DNA of 64,000 nucleotides from Rubripirellula sp. (GCA_965216875.1 OZ244207.1:2688001-2752000), one strand, 5' to 3'. Counted from the first letter of the stretch, positions 27,607-38,532 are shown. A program made the numbers and translations. Notes: generated by a model not told the origin, from the letters alone.

Positions 27607-27652
27607 GGATTGTGGTTCCGAAAGTCGGGGGTTCGAATCCCCTCAGCCACCC
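27607..27652 (+). pseudogene. 3' half of tRNA-His(GUG) = prophage attR core
   Basis: GGA-TTGTGGT-TCC anticodon arm, T-arm GGGGG-TTCGAAT-CCCCT, acceptor 3' strand CAGCCAC-C; no GTGGCTG 5' strand or D-arm upstream. Confidence 0.88.
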
Positions 27653-27668
27653 TTGGATTTACCTAATT

Positions 27669-27699
27669 CCGCCCATTCACCCGAGTGGGCGGTTTTTTT
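27669..27699 (+). terminator. Host tRNA terminator left behind at attR
   Basis: CCGCCCATTC-ACCC-GAGTGGGCGG followed by T7. Confidence 0.85.
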
Positions 27700-27746
27700 A
27701 TGCGCCGCGCTGATCTTCTGAAAACGCGGCGCGGCTGTTCACTCGG

Positions 27747-28268
27747 TTAGCCATCGACGCTGTACTCGATTTGGGTGAACCCACCCAGCTCCGTGGCTGA
27801 CGTCTGGGTGAGGTAAAGATGCTTCGGCAAGACATCGACCAGCGGGCAACCTTCGAACAGGAGGATCGGCATCACCGCGACGCTCAAATGAGTCAGACGA
27901 CCAGCCTGAATCAACGCGTTCACCAACTTGCCACCGCCGACAACCCAGAGTTTCTGCAGGCCCATCTGCTCAGCCGCCTCAATCGCCTTGACCAAGTCTT
28001 GCTCTGGCTGCAAGTCGCATCCTTCCATCAACGGAACTTCTTGACGGCTGCAAACCCAAGTGGGCTTGTTTTCGTAAGGCCATTGTCCGTAGTCAAACAC
28101 AAAATCGAAGGTCTTTCGCCCCATCAGCAATCCGTCGACGCTGTTGAAAAACGACTGGTAGCTTGCGGTGTCGGGTCTGATTCGAATCTTCTCCAACCAA
28201 TCAACGCCGTCATCCGAGTCCGCGATGAATCCATCCAAGCTCGAGGCAACGTAGTAAACGATCTTCAT
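27747..28268 (-). CDS. Dihydrofolate reductase / RibD C-terminal family protein
   Basis: YVASSLDGFIA, LMGRKTF and WVVGGG motifs. Confidence 0.9.
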   Translation of the reverse strand: MKIVYYVASSLDGFIADSDDGVDWLEKIRIRPDTASYQSFFNSVDGLLMGRKTFDFVFDYGQWPYENKPTWVCSRQEVPLMEGCDLQPEQDLVKAIEAAEQMGLQKLWVVGGGKLVNALIQAGRLTHLSVAVMPILLFEGCPLVDVLPKHLYLTQTSATELGGFTQIEYSVDG

Positions 28269-28431
28269 ACTGTCGCGAATCCTTTGTCGTGAGCCGAATG
28301 CGCTAGCATTGGGTCCTACAGCATTTCGGGGCCCTAAAACACATCGGGCCCCACAGCGTTTCTGACCCTACACGGGCGATGTCTTGAATTGTCTGCGGCT
28401 AGCGGCTTGCCGCTCACCTGTGGGACCATCT

Positions 28432-28842
28432 CTATTCCAGCAGCCATTTCATCGCTTCTTCGCTGCTGTTGAAGACTCGAAAATTGAATCCTCGGTTCTT
28501 CGAATAGGTTTCCCAAAACCTTGCAGCGTCCGGGCGTGAAGTGCCATCTACAATTGCGACTTGAAGCGTGCGGATGTCTCCGCTCGCCTCATCGGCTCCC
28601 ATTTCAGAGTCATACATATTGACGACTTCAACTTGGTCAAACGTCCCGGTGGGAAAGGTGAGCTTGCGAACGTCAATCAACACACGTGGCTTTTTCTCGG
28701 CGACGATTTGCTCGTAATAGCGATGTTGAAGCTGTCGGTACTCGTCGCGTGATTGGAGATTGCCGCTTGCAACGATGTGACAGATCAATTCGTGCGGAAG
28801 AATCTGTAGTTGCAAGTCCACGGAAATCTCCCCGTCTATCAA
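28432..28842 (-). CDS. Hypothetical protein (STAS/SEC14-like)
   Basis: RVLIDVR...NRGFNFRVFNSSEEAMKWL; overlaps the tsaD stop. Confidence 0.65.
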   Translation of the reverse strand: MIDGEISVDLQLQILPHELICHIVASGNLQSRDEYRQLQHRYYEQIVAEKKPRVLIDVRKLTFPTGTFDQVEVVNMYDSEMGADEASGDIRTLQVAIVDGTSRPDAARFWETYSKNRGFNFRVFNSSEEAMKWLLE

Positions 28843-29861
28843 AACCCGCGTTGCAGTCCGGGAGTGATGTCGAGATCCAACGGTGCAAATTCGTTGCGTT
28901 TGATCTTTTCCAACGCAATCGCTCCCATCACAGCGTTGTCGGTGCAGAGATTCATTGGAGCGATCACAAGCTCAAAACCGTTTCTCTCGGCCTCTTTCTC
29001 TAGTTCGCCACGAAAGTAGCGATTCGCAGCAACACCGCCGCCAACGATCAAACGCCCACTGCTGTATTGGTTGACAGCCCGAACGCTCTTTCCAACCAAG
29101 ACGTCGACGACCGCTGCTTCGAACGAAGCGCACAGATCGGCCTTTTCCTGGTCTGGCATCTCCACTTTCGAAAAGTCCTGCTGGCCGGGACCGACGATGG
29201 CGTAGCGCACGGCAGTCTTGAGACCGCTGAAACTGAAATCGAAGTGATCCTCGTGAAGCATCGAGCGAGGGAACGCGTGAGCTTTTCGGTCGCCGCCCGC
29301 AGCCAGCTTCGAAACGGCCGGCCCGCCGGGAAATCCAAGCTGGAGCATCGCCGCGACCTTATCGAATGCTTCGCCGGCAGCATCGTCGATCGTCCCGCCG
29401 AGGTATTCCAAATCAAGTGGCGACACACAGTGATACAAGCTGGTGTGCCCACCGGATACCACCAGCCCAGTACAGGGGTAGACCGGGTGATCGCTGGCAA
29501 GCTGACAAGCATAAAGATGAGCGTGCAAATGGTTCACGGCGACGAGAGGTTTTTGCCAAGCGATCGCGAGCGTTTTGGCCGCGACCAAACCGACCAACAG
29601 TGAACCAGCCAACCCCGGACGGTCCGCGACCGCGATGGCACTCAAGTCGTCACGTCCGATCTGTGCCTTTTCAATCGCCGTATCGATCACGGGAAGGATT
29701 CTCTCGAGGTGGGCGCGAGCGGCTACCTCGGGGACAACGCCACGGAATTGTTCGTGCAAAGACTCCTGAGTCGCAACGCATTGGCCCAAAACAGCACCAT
29801 CTTCGCTAATTACGGCAGCTGCAGTCTCGTCGCAGGTCGATTCGATAGTTAGTATTGGCAT
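28839..29861 (-). CDS. tsaD: tRNA N6-adenosine threonylcarbamoyltransferase
   Basis: IESTCDET, GVVPEVAARAH, NHLHAH, SGGHT, DDAAGEAFDK, FSFSGLKT and TDNA motifs. Confidence 0.97.
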   Translation of the reverse strand: MPILTIESTCDETAAAVISEDGAVLGQCVATQESLHEQFRGVVPEVAARAHLERILPVIDTAIEKAQIGRDDLSAIAVADRPGLAGSLLVGLVAAKTLAIAWQKPLVAVNHLHAHLYACQLASDHPVYPCTGLVVSGGHTSLYHCVSPLDLEYLGGTIDDAAGEAFDKVAAMLQLGFPGGPAVSKLAAGGDRKAHAFPRSMLHEDHFDFSFSGLKTAVRYAIVGPGQQDFSKVEMPDQEKADLCASFEAAVVDVLVGKSVRAVNQYSSGRLIVGGGVAANRYFRGELEKEAERNGFELVIAPMNLCTDNAVMGAIALEKIKRNEFAPLDLDITPGLQRGF

Positions 29862-30101
29862 CGCCTGACTTTGCCCTATTTTGCTGCCGAGCAAAAGGGC
29901 GGGCCTATTCCATCATTCGATTTTTCGGCCAATCGCCGGCAACCAATCCTCCGCTCCATTCCATCCTCCCGTTGAAGCGTCCGACGCGTTGACCGCACAG
30001 TCGTCATTCAACTCAGACATTGGAAAGTGCGAAGGGCAAGGTGCTGTGGCGGGCCCCCATCCGAGATGCCGACCTTCCATTCGAGCTTTCCCGACCTTCG
30101 C

Positions 30102-32660
30102 ATGATCTCGAGCCCTCCTCGACTCGCAATTGTGGTCCTATTGGTAGCCGCAACGATCGCGGCGTCTTCCCTCGCCGGTGCCCAGCCGCCAAACGCCGCG
30201 GATGATCAAGCCGAACCCCCACCCAGCACGTCGGTTGGAGTCGTTCCGACTGGTGTGGGGCGGTTCAACCGCGGCCGTTGGGCAGCACTCGCAGTCAACG
30301 GCACCAATCCCACGGCGTCCGACACCGAAGAAGTCATCGCGGTCTACATGGGCGACGACTCGAACCTTCAGTTCTCCAAGACCTTCTGGTTGCCAGCTGG
30401 CGCGAAGCGAAAAACTTGGATGCCAATTCTCGTCCCAGATTCGCTTTCGTCGGATGAGAAATCGGTCATCGCATCGACCATGCGATTACAGCAGACCAAC
30501 GGAACGGAATCATTCACCAACAACAAAGTTGGCATGCCCATCTCGAAGCGTCCCCTGATGCTAACGGACGGCGAAGCCAACACGGCGGTGATCGGCGATT
30601 ACGTACGTCCCAACGATGTCGAGCAAGCGTCGGCCAACAACAAGGCCGTCTCCAAAATGCTTCTGATCGGTCGCGACAAGGTTGTGCGTTCGCCAATCGA
30701 TCTCGGCTTGATTGACTTGCGTCAAGACTTTCTTCCGCCCACGCCCTATGCACTCGATGGGTTGCACCAACTGATCATCGCGAGTGATCGTATCCGCCAA
30801 GACTCAAGCGGGATCGCGAGAATCCGGTCCTGGATTCATCAGGGCGGCCGTGCTTGGATCATGCTCGACCAAGTCGATCCTACGTTCGTTCGGGAGCTGC
30901 TTGGCGATTCGGCCAGCTACACACCGATTGATACGGTCGAGCTAAACGAGTTCACCATCAAGAACCACGCCTCACTGTCGACGCCGGCAAACGAGGAAGT
31001 GTGGAGTCAAGAAGAACCGGCGACGCTCCACCGCGTGATTGTCGAGTCAGCTGAAGTCACTTCATCCGTCGACGGTTGGCCGATTGCCTTCTGGAAACGA
31101 GTTGGAAAAGGTGAAGTCGTCTTCACAACGCTCTCGCATTCCGGATGGGTCGCCGACAACGGTTTCCCCACCGATGCCCATTACCGCTTGGCGGTGCGGT
31201 TCTATCAGGAAGCTGACCCGGTCGAGCGTCAAGCGTGGAAACTCAAGCCAATCCTGGACGACCAAATCGGCTACACCATTCCTGGCCGCGGATTTGCAAC
31301 CGCAGTTCTTGGACTCAACGCAGCCTTGATCTTGCTGGCAGGTATCTGGTGGGCCCGTTCGCGACGGCTCGAACGGATGGCAGCTCTCCTTCCAGTGACA
31401 GCTTTGTTGACCGGAGGCATTCTGATCGGCGCAGGCAACCGGCAAGTCAAAGCCGTTCCGTCCACCGCAGCCACCGGTCAAATCATCCGTGTTGATGGCT
31501 CCATTGGCGAGGTTCACACTTCAAGCGTGTCGGCAATGTACCGGCAATCCGAAGGTGACATGCCAATGGATTCCGCTTATGGCACGATCACGATTCCCGA
31601 AGGTGCCGACGAAGGCAGCCAGCTCAAGCGGCTTCGCTGGAGTGATGAGGGTACGAGCCAATGGTCGGGACTCAAGCAACCGCCGGGCGCCATCCGCTAT
31701 TTCTTCTCCGAGTCGGTCGCGGCGCTCGAAAGCCCCATGAACGTTCGTGGCACATTCACCGAAGCGGGCTTCACCGGCAGCCTCTTCGGCATGAATGGCG
31801 CCGAGTTGTCGGATGCCTTGGTCCTTTCCGTCCCAGGTATTCCTTCGGCTGCATCGATCAGCACCAACGGTAACTCAACCACCATCCAATCGGGCAATGA
31901 CGATCGTCTCGCCCAAGGTCAATTCGTTCCTGGCGCATTGGTTTCCGACGACCAACGGCTCCGTCAAGAGTTTCTTCGCCAAGTCATCTCGGACCCGGAA
32001 AGCAGCCCCTTCAGCTCCGAAACCATGATGCTGGTCTGGACCAATCCGACCGACATTGGTGTCCAACCGGGCGACGACTTCACTCATCGTGGCACGGCGT
32101 TGGCAGCGCTGCCGATCAAACTCGACCGCCCCAGTTCGCCTGAGTTTGTGATTCCAGCGAGTTTCATTGGCCTGGGTACCTACACAGGCACGCGAGGGGT
32201 TTCGTCGATTTTTCACCCACCGACCGGCCGCTGGCTGCAAGATGTTACCAAGGCCGCCGATGTCGAACTTCGACTTGAATTCCCCAAGTCGATCCTGCCA
32301 ATCCAGCTAAAGCAAATCAACGTTCACTTGAAGGTCGCGGCACCCTCGCGCGAGCTGGTCGTGACGGCATTCAATGGTGACTCTCCGGTCGAAGTCTATC
32401 GACAATCGAGCCCGAACGGAGAAGTCCATTTCTCGATTGACGACGCAAGCTTGCTCGAGCTTGATGACAACGGCGACTTGAAACTCAATGTTGCCGTCAC
32501 CCGATCAGAAAACGAACCCGAAGTCGACCCTGGCATCATCGAAGTCAACACGCAGAAGATCAGCGACACTTGGCAGATTGATCGCTTCTTTGTCGACGCA
32601 ATTGGAACCACTTCATCGCAAGCCCCTATCAACGCCCAAGCATCTACAGCAGGTAAGTAG
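30102..32660 (+). CDS. Large membrane/exported protein associated with the ABC transporter
   Basis: N-terminal signal-like segment, two internal TM helices; coupled to the ATPase gene. Confidence 0.75.
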   Translation: MISSPPRLAIVVLLVAATIAASSLAGAQPPNAADDQAEPPPSTSVGVVPTGVGRFNRGRWAALAVNGTNPTASDTEEVIAVYMGDDSNLQFSKTFWLPAGAKRKTWMPILVPDSLSSDEKSVIASTMRLQQTNGTESFTNNKVGMPISKRPLMLTDGEANTAVIGDYVRPNDVEQASANNKAVSKMLLIGRDKVVRSPIDLGLIDLRQDFLPPTPYALDGLHQLIIASDRIRQDSSGIARIRSWIHQGGRAWIMLDQVDPTFVRELLGDSASYTPIDTVELNEFTIKNHASLSTPANEEVWSQEEPATLHRVIVESAEVTSSVDGWPIAFWKRVGKGEVVFTTLSHSGWVADNGFPTDAHYRLAVRFYQEADPVERQAWKLKPILDDQIGYTIPGRGFATAVLGLNAALILLAGIWWARSRRLERMAALLPVTALLTGGILIGAGNRQVKAVPSTAATGQIIRVDGSIGEVHTSSVSAMYRQSEGDMPMDSAYGTITIPEGADEGSQLKRLRWSDEGTSQWSGLKQPPGAIRYFFSESVAALESPMNVRGTFTEAGFTGSLFGMNGAELSDALVLSVPGIPSAASISTNGNSTTIQSGNDDRLAQGQFVPGALVSDDQRLRQEFLRQVISDPESSPFSSETMMLVWTNPTDIGVQPGDDFTHRGTALAALPIKLDRPSSPEFVIPASFIGLGTYTGTRGVSSIFHPPTGRWLQDVTKAADVELRLEFPKSILPIQLKQINVHLKVAAPSRELVVTAFNGDSPVEVYRQSSPNGEVHFSIDDASLLELDDNGDLKLNVAVTRSENEPEVDPGIIEVNTQKISDTWQIDRFFVDAIGTTSSQAPINAQASTAGK

Positions 32661-33727
32661 TGACAGATTTGGAGCCCATGGTCGTAACGACCGACCTGAC
32701 CAAAAGGTACGATGAATTCACCGCCCTTGATTCCTTGTCGATCACGGTCGGCAAGGGACAAATCCTTGGATTCATCGGCCCCAACGGCGCAGGCAAAACG
32801 ACAACGATTCGCATTTTGGTCGGCTTGTCCAAACCCACGAGCGGCTCGGCGCACATCGCCGGGGCCGACTGTTTGACCGAGTCTCGCAAGATCAAGCGAC
32901 TTGTCGGTTACATGCCCGACGACTTTGGCAAGTACGACAACATGCGCGTCGCCGAATACTTGGATTTCTTTGGCGCCGCCTATGGGATCGGACGCAGCGA
33001 CCGCGTCAAACGCATCGACGAGACCTTAGAGCTTGCCGGTGCAACGCATATGAAAGACTTGTTCGTCGATGCCCTCAGTCGCGGGATGCAACAACGGGTG
33101 GCGATCGCGCGCACGCTGATGCACGACCCCAAGGTGATCATCCTTGACGAACCAGCCAATGGACTCGACCCACAAGCGCGGATCGACATGCGAATCATGT
33201 TGCTGCGACTTGCCGAAATGGGTAAGACGCTGATCGTGACCAGCCATATCCTTCCCGAACTTGCTCGGGTATGTGACTTGGTCGCCATGATCACGCGCGG
33301 CAAGCTTCGAGCCTTTGGCACGCTTGATGACATCATGCGAGACATTCAACAGCGCCGCACGTTCGAGATCCAACTTGTTGACTCCGAACAGATTGACCAA
33401 ACGGCATCATTGGTTTCGTCTTGGTTGAAATCGGGTGACCATGAGGCCGAAGTCAACGCGGCGCCTGCCGAATCGATGGTGCGGTTCACGACCAGCCTTT
33501 CCGATCGCGACATCACACCACTTCTGGCGCACTTGGTCTCACACAACCAGCCAGTCGCTCAATTCCGCGAAGTCCCAACGGACCTGGAAGACGCATTCCT
33601 GTCGGTCGCCAATCAGGGCAAAGAGGACGACAAAGCGAGCGAAGTGGTAGCAGCGGAAGAACCTGCCGAGCCGCTTAGCACTGATACGGATGTCGATGAT
33701 GCAGCATCGGAGACGGCCGCATCATGA
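32660..33727 (+). CDS. ABC transporter ATP-binding protein
   Basis: GPNGAGKTT, LSRGM, ILDEP and TSH motifs. Confidence 0.96.
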   Translation: MTDLEPMVVTTDLTKRYDEFTALDSLSITVGKGQILGFIGPNGAGKTTTIRILVGLSKPTSGSAHIAGADCLTESRKIKRLVGYMPDDFGKYDNMRVAEYLDFFGAAYGIGRSDRVKRIDETLELAGATHMKDLFVDALSRGMQQRVAIARTLMHDPKVIILDEPANGLDPQARIDMRIMLLRLAEMGKTLIVTSHILPELARVCDLVAMITRGKLRAFGTLDDIMRDIQQRRTFEIQLVDSEQIDQTASLVSSWLKSGDHEAEVNAAPAESMVRFTTSLSDRDITPLLAHLVSHNQPVAQFREVPTDLEDAFLSVANQGKEDDKASEVVAAEEPAEPLSTDTDVDDAASETAAS

Positions 33728-35388
33728 ATGTCATGGCAAACCCTGTTGTGCGTCGCGAGTTCTTCGGGATTCTGCGATCGCCCAAAGCCTTCGGAACGCT
33801 GCTTGCGCTGACAATCGTTTTTTCACTCGCTGTCCTGATGCGCTGGCCAGCCGACGCGACGGTCGACCTCAGTGGCAAACAATCTCTCGAAGTCTTTCGG
33901 ATCTTTGGCTACGGACTGTTGGGCGGAATCATCTTCTTGGTACCCGCCTTTCCCGCAACCTCGATCGTTAATGAAAAGTCAAGCGGCACGTTGGCGTTGC
34001 TGCTGAATTCGCCGCTCGGTGCCTTTTCCATCTACTTTGGCAAGCTTGCTGGCGTTCTGTTGTTTGCCATGCTTGTGTTGCTGGCGAGTCTGCCCGCGGC
34101 CGCCGCTTGCTACGCCATGGGCGGCATCGACCTCTGGAGCGGGCTTGGCCTGCTCTATTTCGTGCTCATGCTGTTGGTGCTGCAATACGCGACGCTCGGA
34201 ATGCTGGTCAGCAGTTACGTGCACACAGCCGATGCGGGTGTTCGAATCACCTACGCCGCCGTTCTTGGATTGGTCTTTCTGACACTCTTGCCCGACGCGT
34301 TTTTCCCTGGTGCCAGTGGCGTGATCGGAATGGTCGCTTCTGCGGTTCGATGCCTCTCACCGATTCCAGTGATTACAGGCATCATGGGACAAGGTGGTTT
34401 GACCACCAAGGGCCTGATGGAAGCCGATGCCACGATGCCATTTGTCTTGGCGACGTTGGTGAGCAGCATCGCTTTCGCGGCGATCACAATCTCGCGACTG
34501 AACTACCGGATCTTTGATCGGTCGCGTTCACAGGGCGTGATCACTGACGACCAAGCCAAAGGCACACGATTGGCGCGTCGATTCCTGTTCATCATCGATC
34601 CCCAGCGTCGCAAAAAGGGGATTCCCTGGTACCTCAATCCTGTGATGGTCAAAGAGTTTCGCTCGCGGCGATTCGGTCGATCACAGTGGCTCTTTCGGCT
34701 GGTTGCCGTCTGTGCTGTTGTCTCGATGGTGTTGACGTTCGCGGCCGCGACCAGCGTGACCAGCTGGGGTGTCGAAACGATCGGCGGGTTGATGGTGATC
34801 TTGCAGGTCATCCTGGTGATCGTGATGACGCCAAGCCTGACCTCGGGTTTGATTAGTGGCGAGCGCGACGGTGGCGGCTGGGCATTGCTACGGCTGACGC
34901 CACTTTCGGCCTCGAAGATTGTCCGCGGGAAACTACTCAGCGTCGTTTGGACCCTGCTGTTGGTCTTGATGGCGACCCTGCCAGGCTACCTGGTGATGAT
35001 CTACATCCGTCCCCAAATGTTTGTGCAAGTCAATCTGGTCTTGATTTGCCTGGCATGGACGGTTCTGTACACGGTTGCCGTGAGTGCGGCGATCGGCAGT
35101 CTGTTTCGATACACCGCTGTCGCAACGACCGTTTCGTACGTCACCGTGATCATCATCTTCATGACGCCAATGCTGATTTGGCTCGGGCGTGATGCTCCGT
35201 TTGGACACGATACGGTCGAGCGGGCGCTCACGGTCACCCCTGTGGGTGCCGCACTGAACGTGATTAAAACGCCTGGCTTCGAAAACTACACGTTGCTGCC
35301 TACCGCATGGTGGGTTGCCGCGAGTGTCTCGGTCGCCATGTTTGGCATCCTTGGAATCAAAGTTTGGCGACTGTGCCGTCCCGTTTGA
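33724..35388 (+). CDS. ABC-2 type permease (duplicated)
   Basis: Two NPV..REF/KEF halves with multiple TM helices. Confidence 0.9.
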   Translation: MNVMANPVVRREFFGILRSPKAFGTLLALTIVFSLAVLMRWPADATVDLSGKQSLEVFRIFGYGLLGGIIFLVPAFPATSIVNEKSSGTLALLLNSPLGAFSIYFGKLAGVLLFAMLVLLASLPAAAACYAMGGIDLWSGLGLLYFVLMLLVLQYATLGMLVSSYVHTADAGVRITYAAVLGLVFLTLLPDAFFPGASGVIGMVASAVRCLSPIPVITGIMGQGGLTTKGLMEADATMPFVLATLVSSIAFAAITISRLNYRIFDRSRSQGVITDDQAKGTRLARRFLFIIDPQRRKKGIPWYLNPVMVKEFRSRRFGRSQWLFRLVAVCAVVSMVLTFAAATSVTSWGVETIGGLMVILQVILVIVMTPSLTSGLISGERDGGGWALLRLTPLSASKIVRGKLLSVVWTLLLVLMATLPGYLVMIYIRPQMFVQVNLVLICLAWTVLYTVAVSAAIGSLFRYTAVATTVSYVTVIIIFMTPMLIWLGRDAPFGHDTVERALTVTPVGAALNVIKTPGFENYTLLPTAWWVAASVSVAMFGILGIKVWRLCRPV

Positions 35389-35408
35389 GTTGTATGCAAG
35401 AAATCAAC

Positions 35409-37196
35409 ATGTTTCATTTGATAACCCAACCACGTACGGCACTGTTGGCACTGGTTGCGTTGTGCACCGTGCCGACAACTACGGTTGCCCAAAGCTTGCA
35501 AACCGTCGACCTCTACATGTATGCCGACCCGGTGTTGACGGGGCCAACCACCCAGTGGCAAGTCCCTAACGCACCAGTGCCGCTTTGGTTCAAAGCACTC
35601 GAACGCAACGATGCTCAACTGCAACGCGTGACCGTTGACACCTTTGCCCTGGCAAAAAAACGTGGCATGGAAGGCCTGGACGATGTCGTGCCCAAACTGG
35701 CCGAGCTGGTCAGTAACGATGCGACTGACGCAGAAGTTCGACAGGCTGCCGTTCGCGCATTGATCGAATTCGACGCGCGCGATCAATCGGCGCTCTTGGC
35801 CGAGGCTGCATCAACACGTGGCCTGGCCGTTGCACGGATTGTGGAACCTGCCCTCGTGCAGTGGAAATCGCCAGTGATGCAACAAGTGTGGCTTGATCGG
35901 GTCAACCAGAAAGCAGGCCTGAAGCCGAATGAGGGGCCAGGCGACACCGATGCCCAAATCATCGTTGCGATCGAAGGGCTCTTGGCTGTCAGTGCAGATG
36001 AAGCCGCCGAGGCACTTTGGGAGCTCGTTCGCAGGAGCGAACTGAAGTCGGTGATCCGCCTGGCCGCCGCCGACACGCTTGGCAAACTCACGTCGCCCGA
36101 CCTCTCCGCGCATGCCGCCGAATTGGTCGCATCCCAGGACTCGGATCCGCTCGCAGCGCTGTTGGCGCTGCGGCTGTTGGTCAACCAGCAGGATGCTTCG
36201 GCCGTCGCGACACTCCAAACGCTCGCCAAAAATCCAATCTCCGCCGTGCAATCCGGCGCGCTCGACCGACTCTTCCGGATCGACCATCAGCTTGTCCTTC
36301 CCTATTGCGAAGAGGCGATCAAAAGCAGTGACGTCAATGTTCGCCGTACGGTCGCCAAGACATTGACCAAAGAGGCGAAGGTTGAATTGATTGCCTCACT
36401 CGCGATGCTGCTTGACGATGTGAACCCGAAGCTCCGTCGCCAGATGGCTGGGGCCATGGTTCATCTCGCAAAACGCCCCGCGCTCAAGGACGAAGTGATC
36501 GCCCAAAGCCATGCCGTGCTTTCCGAAAATTCGTGGCGTGGTTGTGAGCAGGCCACGACCGTGCTGGTCAGCCTCGACCACAAGCCAGCGGGGGACCGTT
36601 TGGTTGAATTGCTGGATCATCCACGGCCCGAGGTCATGTCAACGGCCGCCTGGGGGTTGCGCAAGCTCGCCATTCCGCGTCACCTTCCGGCCATGCTCGA
36701 GCAGGGACAGCAGCAATTCGAAGCCTTCAACAATGGCAGTATTGGCGACCTGAGAAAGGGCGCCGTGCAACAGCTGGCTCAACTCTTCATGGCTTTCGGG
36801 CAAATGCGGTACTTCGAGGCCGATGGGTTGCTTCGGGCCTACATCCCAAAAAACCACTCGCTTGGTGAAGATTCCCGGGCCGCTGCGGCCTATGCGCTCG
36901 GTTTCCTGCATGAAGGCAAGGCGACCGGCGATTTGACCGGGCTCATGGTGCAGCGTCTCAATGACACCGAAGCCGACTTTCCCGAGAGTGACAAAGTGCG
37001 CCGCAATGTCGCGATTGCTCTGGGACGAATGAAATCGGAATCAGCGTTGCCGGACCTGCGAAAATACGGCAGCTATTTCGGTGAGGTTGGCTTGGCCAGT
37101 GCCTGGTCGATCCATTTGATGACGGGCGAGCCGCGGCCGACGCCGGGGGTCACCTCGCAGGTCATCGATGATTGGTTCCTCTCGCCGATCAAGTGA
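35409..37196 (+). CDS. Exported HEAT-repeat protein
   Basis: Signal-like N-terminus; repeated LLDD..P.VR..AA.AL units. Confidence 0.85.
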   Translation: MFHLITQPRTALLALVALCTVPTTTVAQSLQTVDLYMYADPVLTGPTTQWQVPNAPVPLWFKALERNDAQLQRVTVDTFALAKKRGMEGLDDVVPKLAELVSNDATDAEVRQAAVRALIEFDARDQSALLAEAASTRGLAVARIVEPALVQWKSPVMQQVWLDRVNQKAGLKPNEGPGDTDAQIIVAIEGLLAVSADEAAEALWELVRRSELKSVIRLAAADTLGKLTSPDLSAHAAELVASQDSDPLAALLALRLLVNQQDASAVATLQTLAKNPISAVQSGALDRLFRIDHQLVLPYCEEAIKSSDVNVRRTVAKTLTKEAKVELIASLAMLLDDVNPKLRRQMAGAMVHLAKRPALKDEVIAQSHAVLSENSWRGCEQATTVLVSLDHKPAGDRLVELLDHPRPEVMSTAAWGLRKLAIPRHLPAMLEQGQQQFEAFNNGSIGDLRKGAVQQLAQLFMAFGQMRYFEADGLLRAYIPKNHSLGEDSRAAAAYALGFLHEGKATGDLTGLMVQRLNDTEADFPESDKVRRNVAIALGRMKSESALPDLRKYGSYFGEVGLASAWSIHLMTGEPRPTPGVTSQVIDDWFLSPIK

Positions 37197-37557
37197 GGTC
37201 GCCCGCCGGGTGAGGTAGCGGGTCGGGTGTGGAGAAGCCTCCACAGGGCTGTCTGCCGTCCCGCCATGTGCCGGATGCGTCGAGATTCCGGCAAATGGAG
37301 GGACGAGAAGCCGGTTTCATTGCTAGAAAAGCCGGTCATTGTGGATCGACGCTCTTGACAGGATTTTTCCGGTGGAGATACTTTCCGGTTTGGTAGCAGA
37401 AAAAGCCGGGAAAAATCCGAGTGCCTCCATCTGAATGGCGCTCCCGTAACCCGTATTTTTCCCGCGAAGACGCTCCCTGCGTCTTCCCTCGTTGATCCCC
37501 AATTTGGACGGGGGTGGCGAGTATGTGAAGTTGGTCAAACCCCAAACACGACGTTCG

Positions 37558-37923
37558 ATGCCCACAATCAATCAACTGGTCCGTAAGCGACGCAAGCTGA
37601 AGAAGAGCCAAAGCAAGTCGCCTGTTCTTGAGAAATGCCCGCAAAAGCAGGGTGTTTGTTTGCAAGTTCGTACGATGACCCCCAAGAAGCCAAACTCGGC
37701 ACTGCGAAAAATCTCGCGTGTTCGCTTGAGCAACGGCAAAGAAGTCACCGTCTACATTCCTGGCGAAGGCCACAACCTGCAAGAGCACTCGATCGTGCTC
37801 GTTCGCGGTGGTCGTGTCCGTGACCTCCCAGGTGTTCGCTACCAAGTGGTCCGTGGCTCGCGTGACGCCCTTGGCGTCGAAGGCCGTAAGCAATCCCGCA
37901 GCCGTTACGGTGCCAAGAAATAG
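37558..37923 (+). CDS. rpsL: 30S ribosomal protein S12
   Basis: [21 protein letters not shown] and DLPGVRY motifs. Confidence 0.99.
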   Translation: MPTINQLVRKRRKLKKSQSKSPVLEKCPQKQGVCLQVRTMTPKKPNSALRKISRVRLSNGKEVTVYIPGEGHNLQEHSIVLVRGGRVRDLPGVRYQVVRGSRDALGVEGRKQSRSRYGAKK

Positions 37924-37990
37924 TGACCGTGGCGTCTTTTTGACACCACGCACCTCGAAACAACTCAATCAAAGCTAACGAAGATTTCAA

Positions 37991-38467
37991 ATGGGACGAA
38001 TCACTTCCAGCAAGACGCAGTTGAAGGGCGATCCTCGGCACAATTCGCTGTTGGCCGGAAAGTTCATCAATTGCCTGATGCTCGACGGCAAAAAGACCGT
38101 CGCTACCAAAGTTTTCTACGACGCACTTGAAGAGATCGGACGCCGTGGCGTCGAAGGTGGCGGTGAGCCCATCGAAGTCTTCGAGACGGCGATCGAGAAC
38201 GTCAAACCTTACATCGAAGTTCGCAGCAAGCGTGTTGGTGGTGCAAGCTACCAAGTGCCAATGCAGGTCAACCGTGCTCGCCAACAAAGCTTGGCGATCC
38301 GCTGGTTGCTTGCCGCTGTTCGCGAAAAGAAGGGCCGCCCAATGCACCTGAAGCTCGCTGACGAACTGTTGGCCGCTTACAAGAAAGAAGGCGTCGCTTA
38401 CACCAAGCGTGAAAACACGCACCGTATGGCCGACGCCAACAAAGCGTTCGCTCACTTCGCTTGGTAG
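37991..38467 (+). CDS. rpsG: 30S ribosomal protein S7
   Basis: [10 protein letters not shown] and [13 protein letters not shown] motifs. Confidence 0.99.
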   Translation: MGRITSSKTQLKGDPRHNSLLAGKFINCLMLDGKKTVATKVFYDALEEIGRRGVEGGGEPIEVFETAIENVKPYIEVRSKRVGGASYQVPMQVNRARQQSLAIRWLLAAVREKKGRPMHLKLADELLAAYKKEGVAYTKRENTHRMADANKAFAHFAW

Positions 38468-38494
38468 TCGATTACCAAAGACTTTCACAAAATT

Positions 38495-38532
38495 CCGCGA
38501 CTCGGTTGCCAGAAACCGTGTCGCGGTTTTTT
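38495..38532 (+). terminator. Terminator between rpsG and fusA
   Basis: 13-bp stem CCGCGACTCGGTT/AACCGTGTCGCGG (one mismatch) followed by T6. Confidence 0.75.

Larger units (their letters stand above)
1..27652 (-). mobile_element. Prophage (lambda-like head, long non-contractile tail), right portion; integrated at tRNA-His; continues past the left edge
   Basis: Contiguous terminase-portal-protease-capsid-tail-tape measure order, an early/replication operon, an Xis-like gene next to a tRNA-His 3' fragment, and host housekeeping genes starting immediately after. Confidence 0.95.

Noticed and set aside
1..27652. Diversity-generating retroelement, retron or gene transfer agent
   Set aside because: No reverse transcriptase motif or template/variable repeat pair seen; att site, Xis and origin indicate a true prophage
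27575..27655. Complete tRNA-His gene
   Set aside because: No 5' acceptor strand (GTGGCTG) or D-arm, and the outer anticodon stem is mismatched; this is an att remnant
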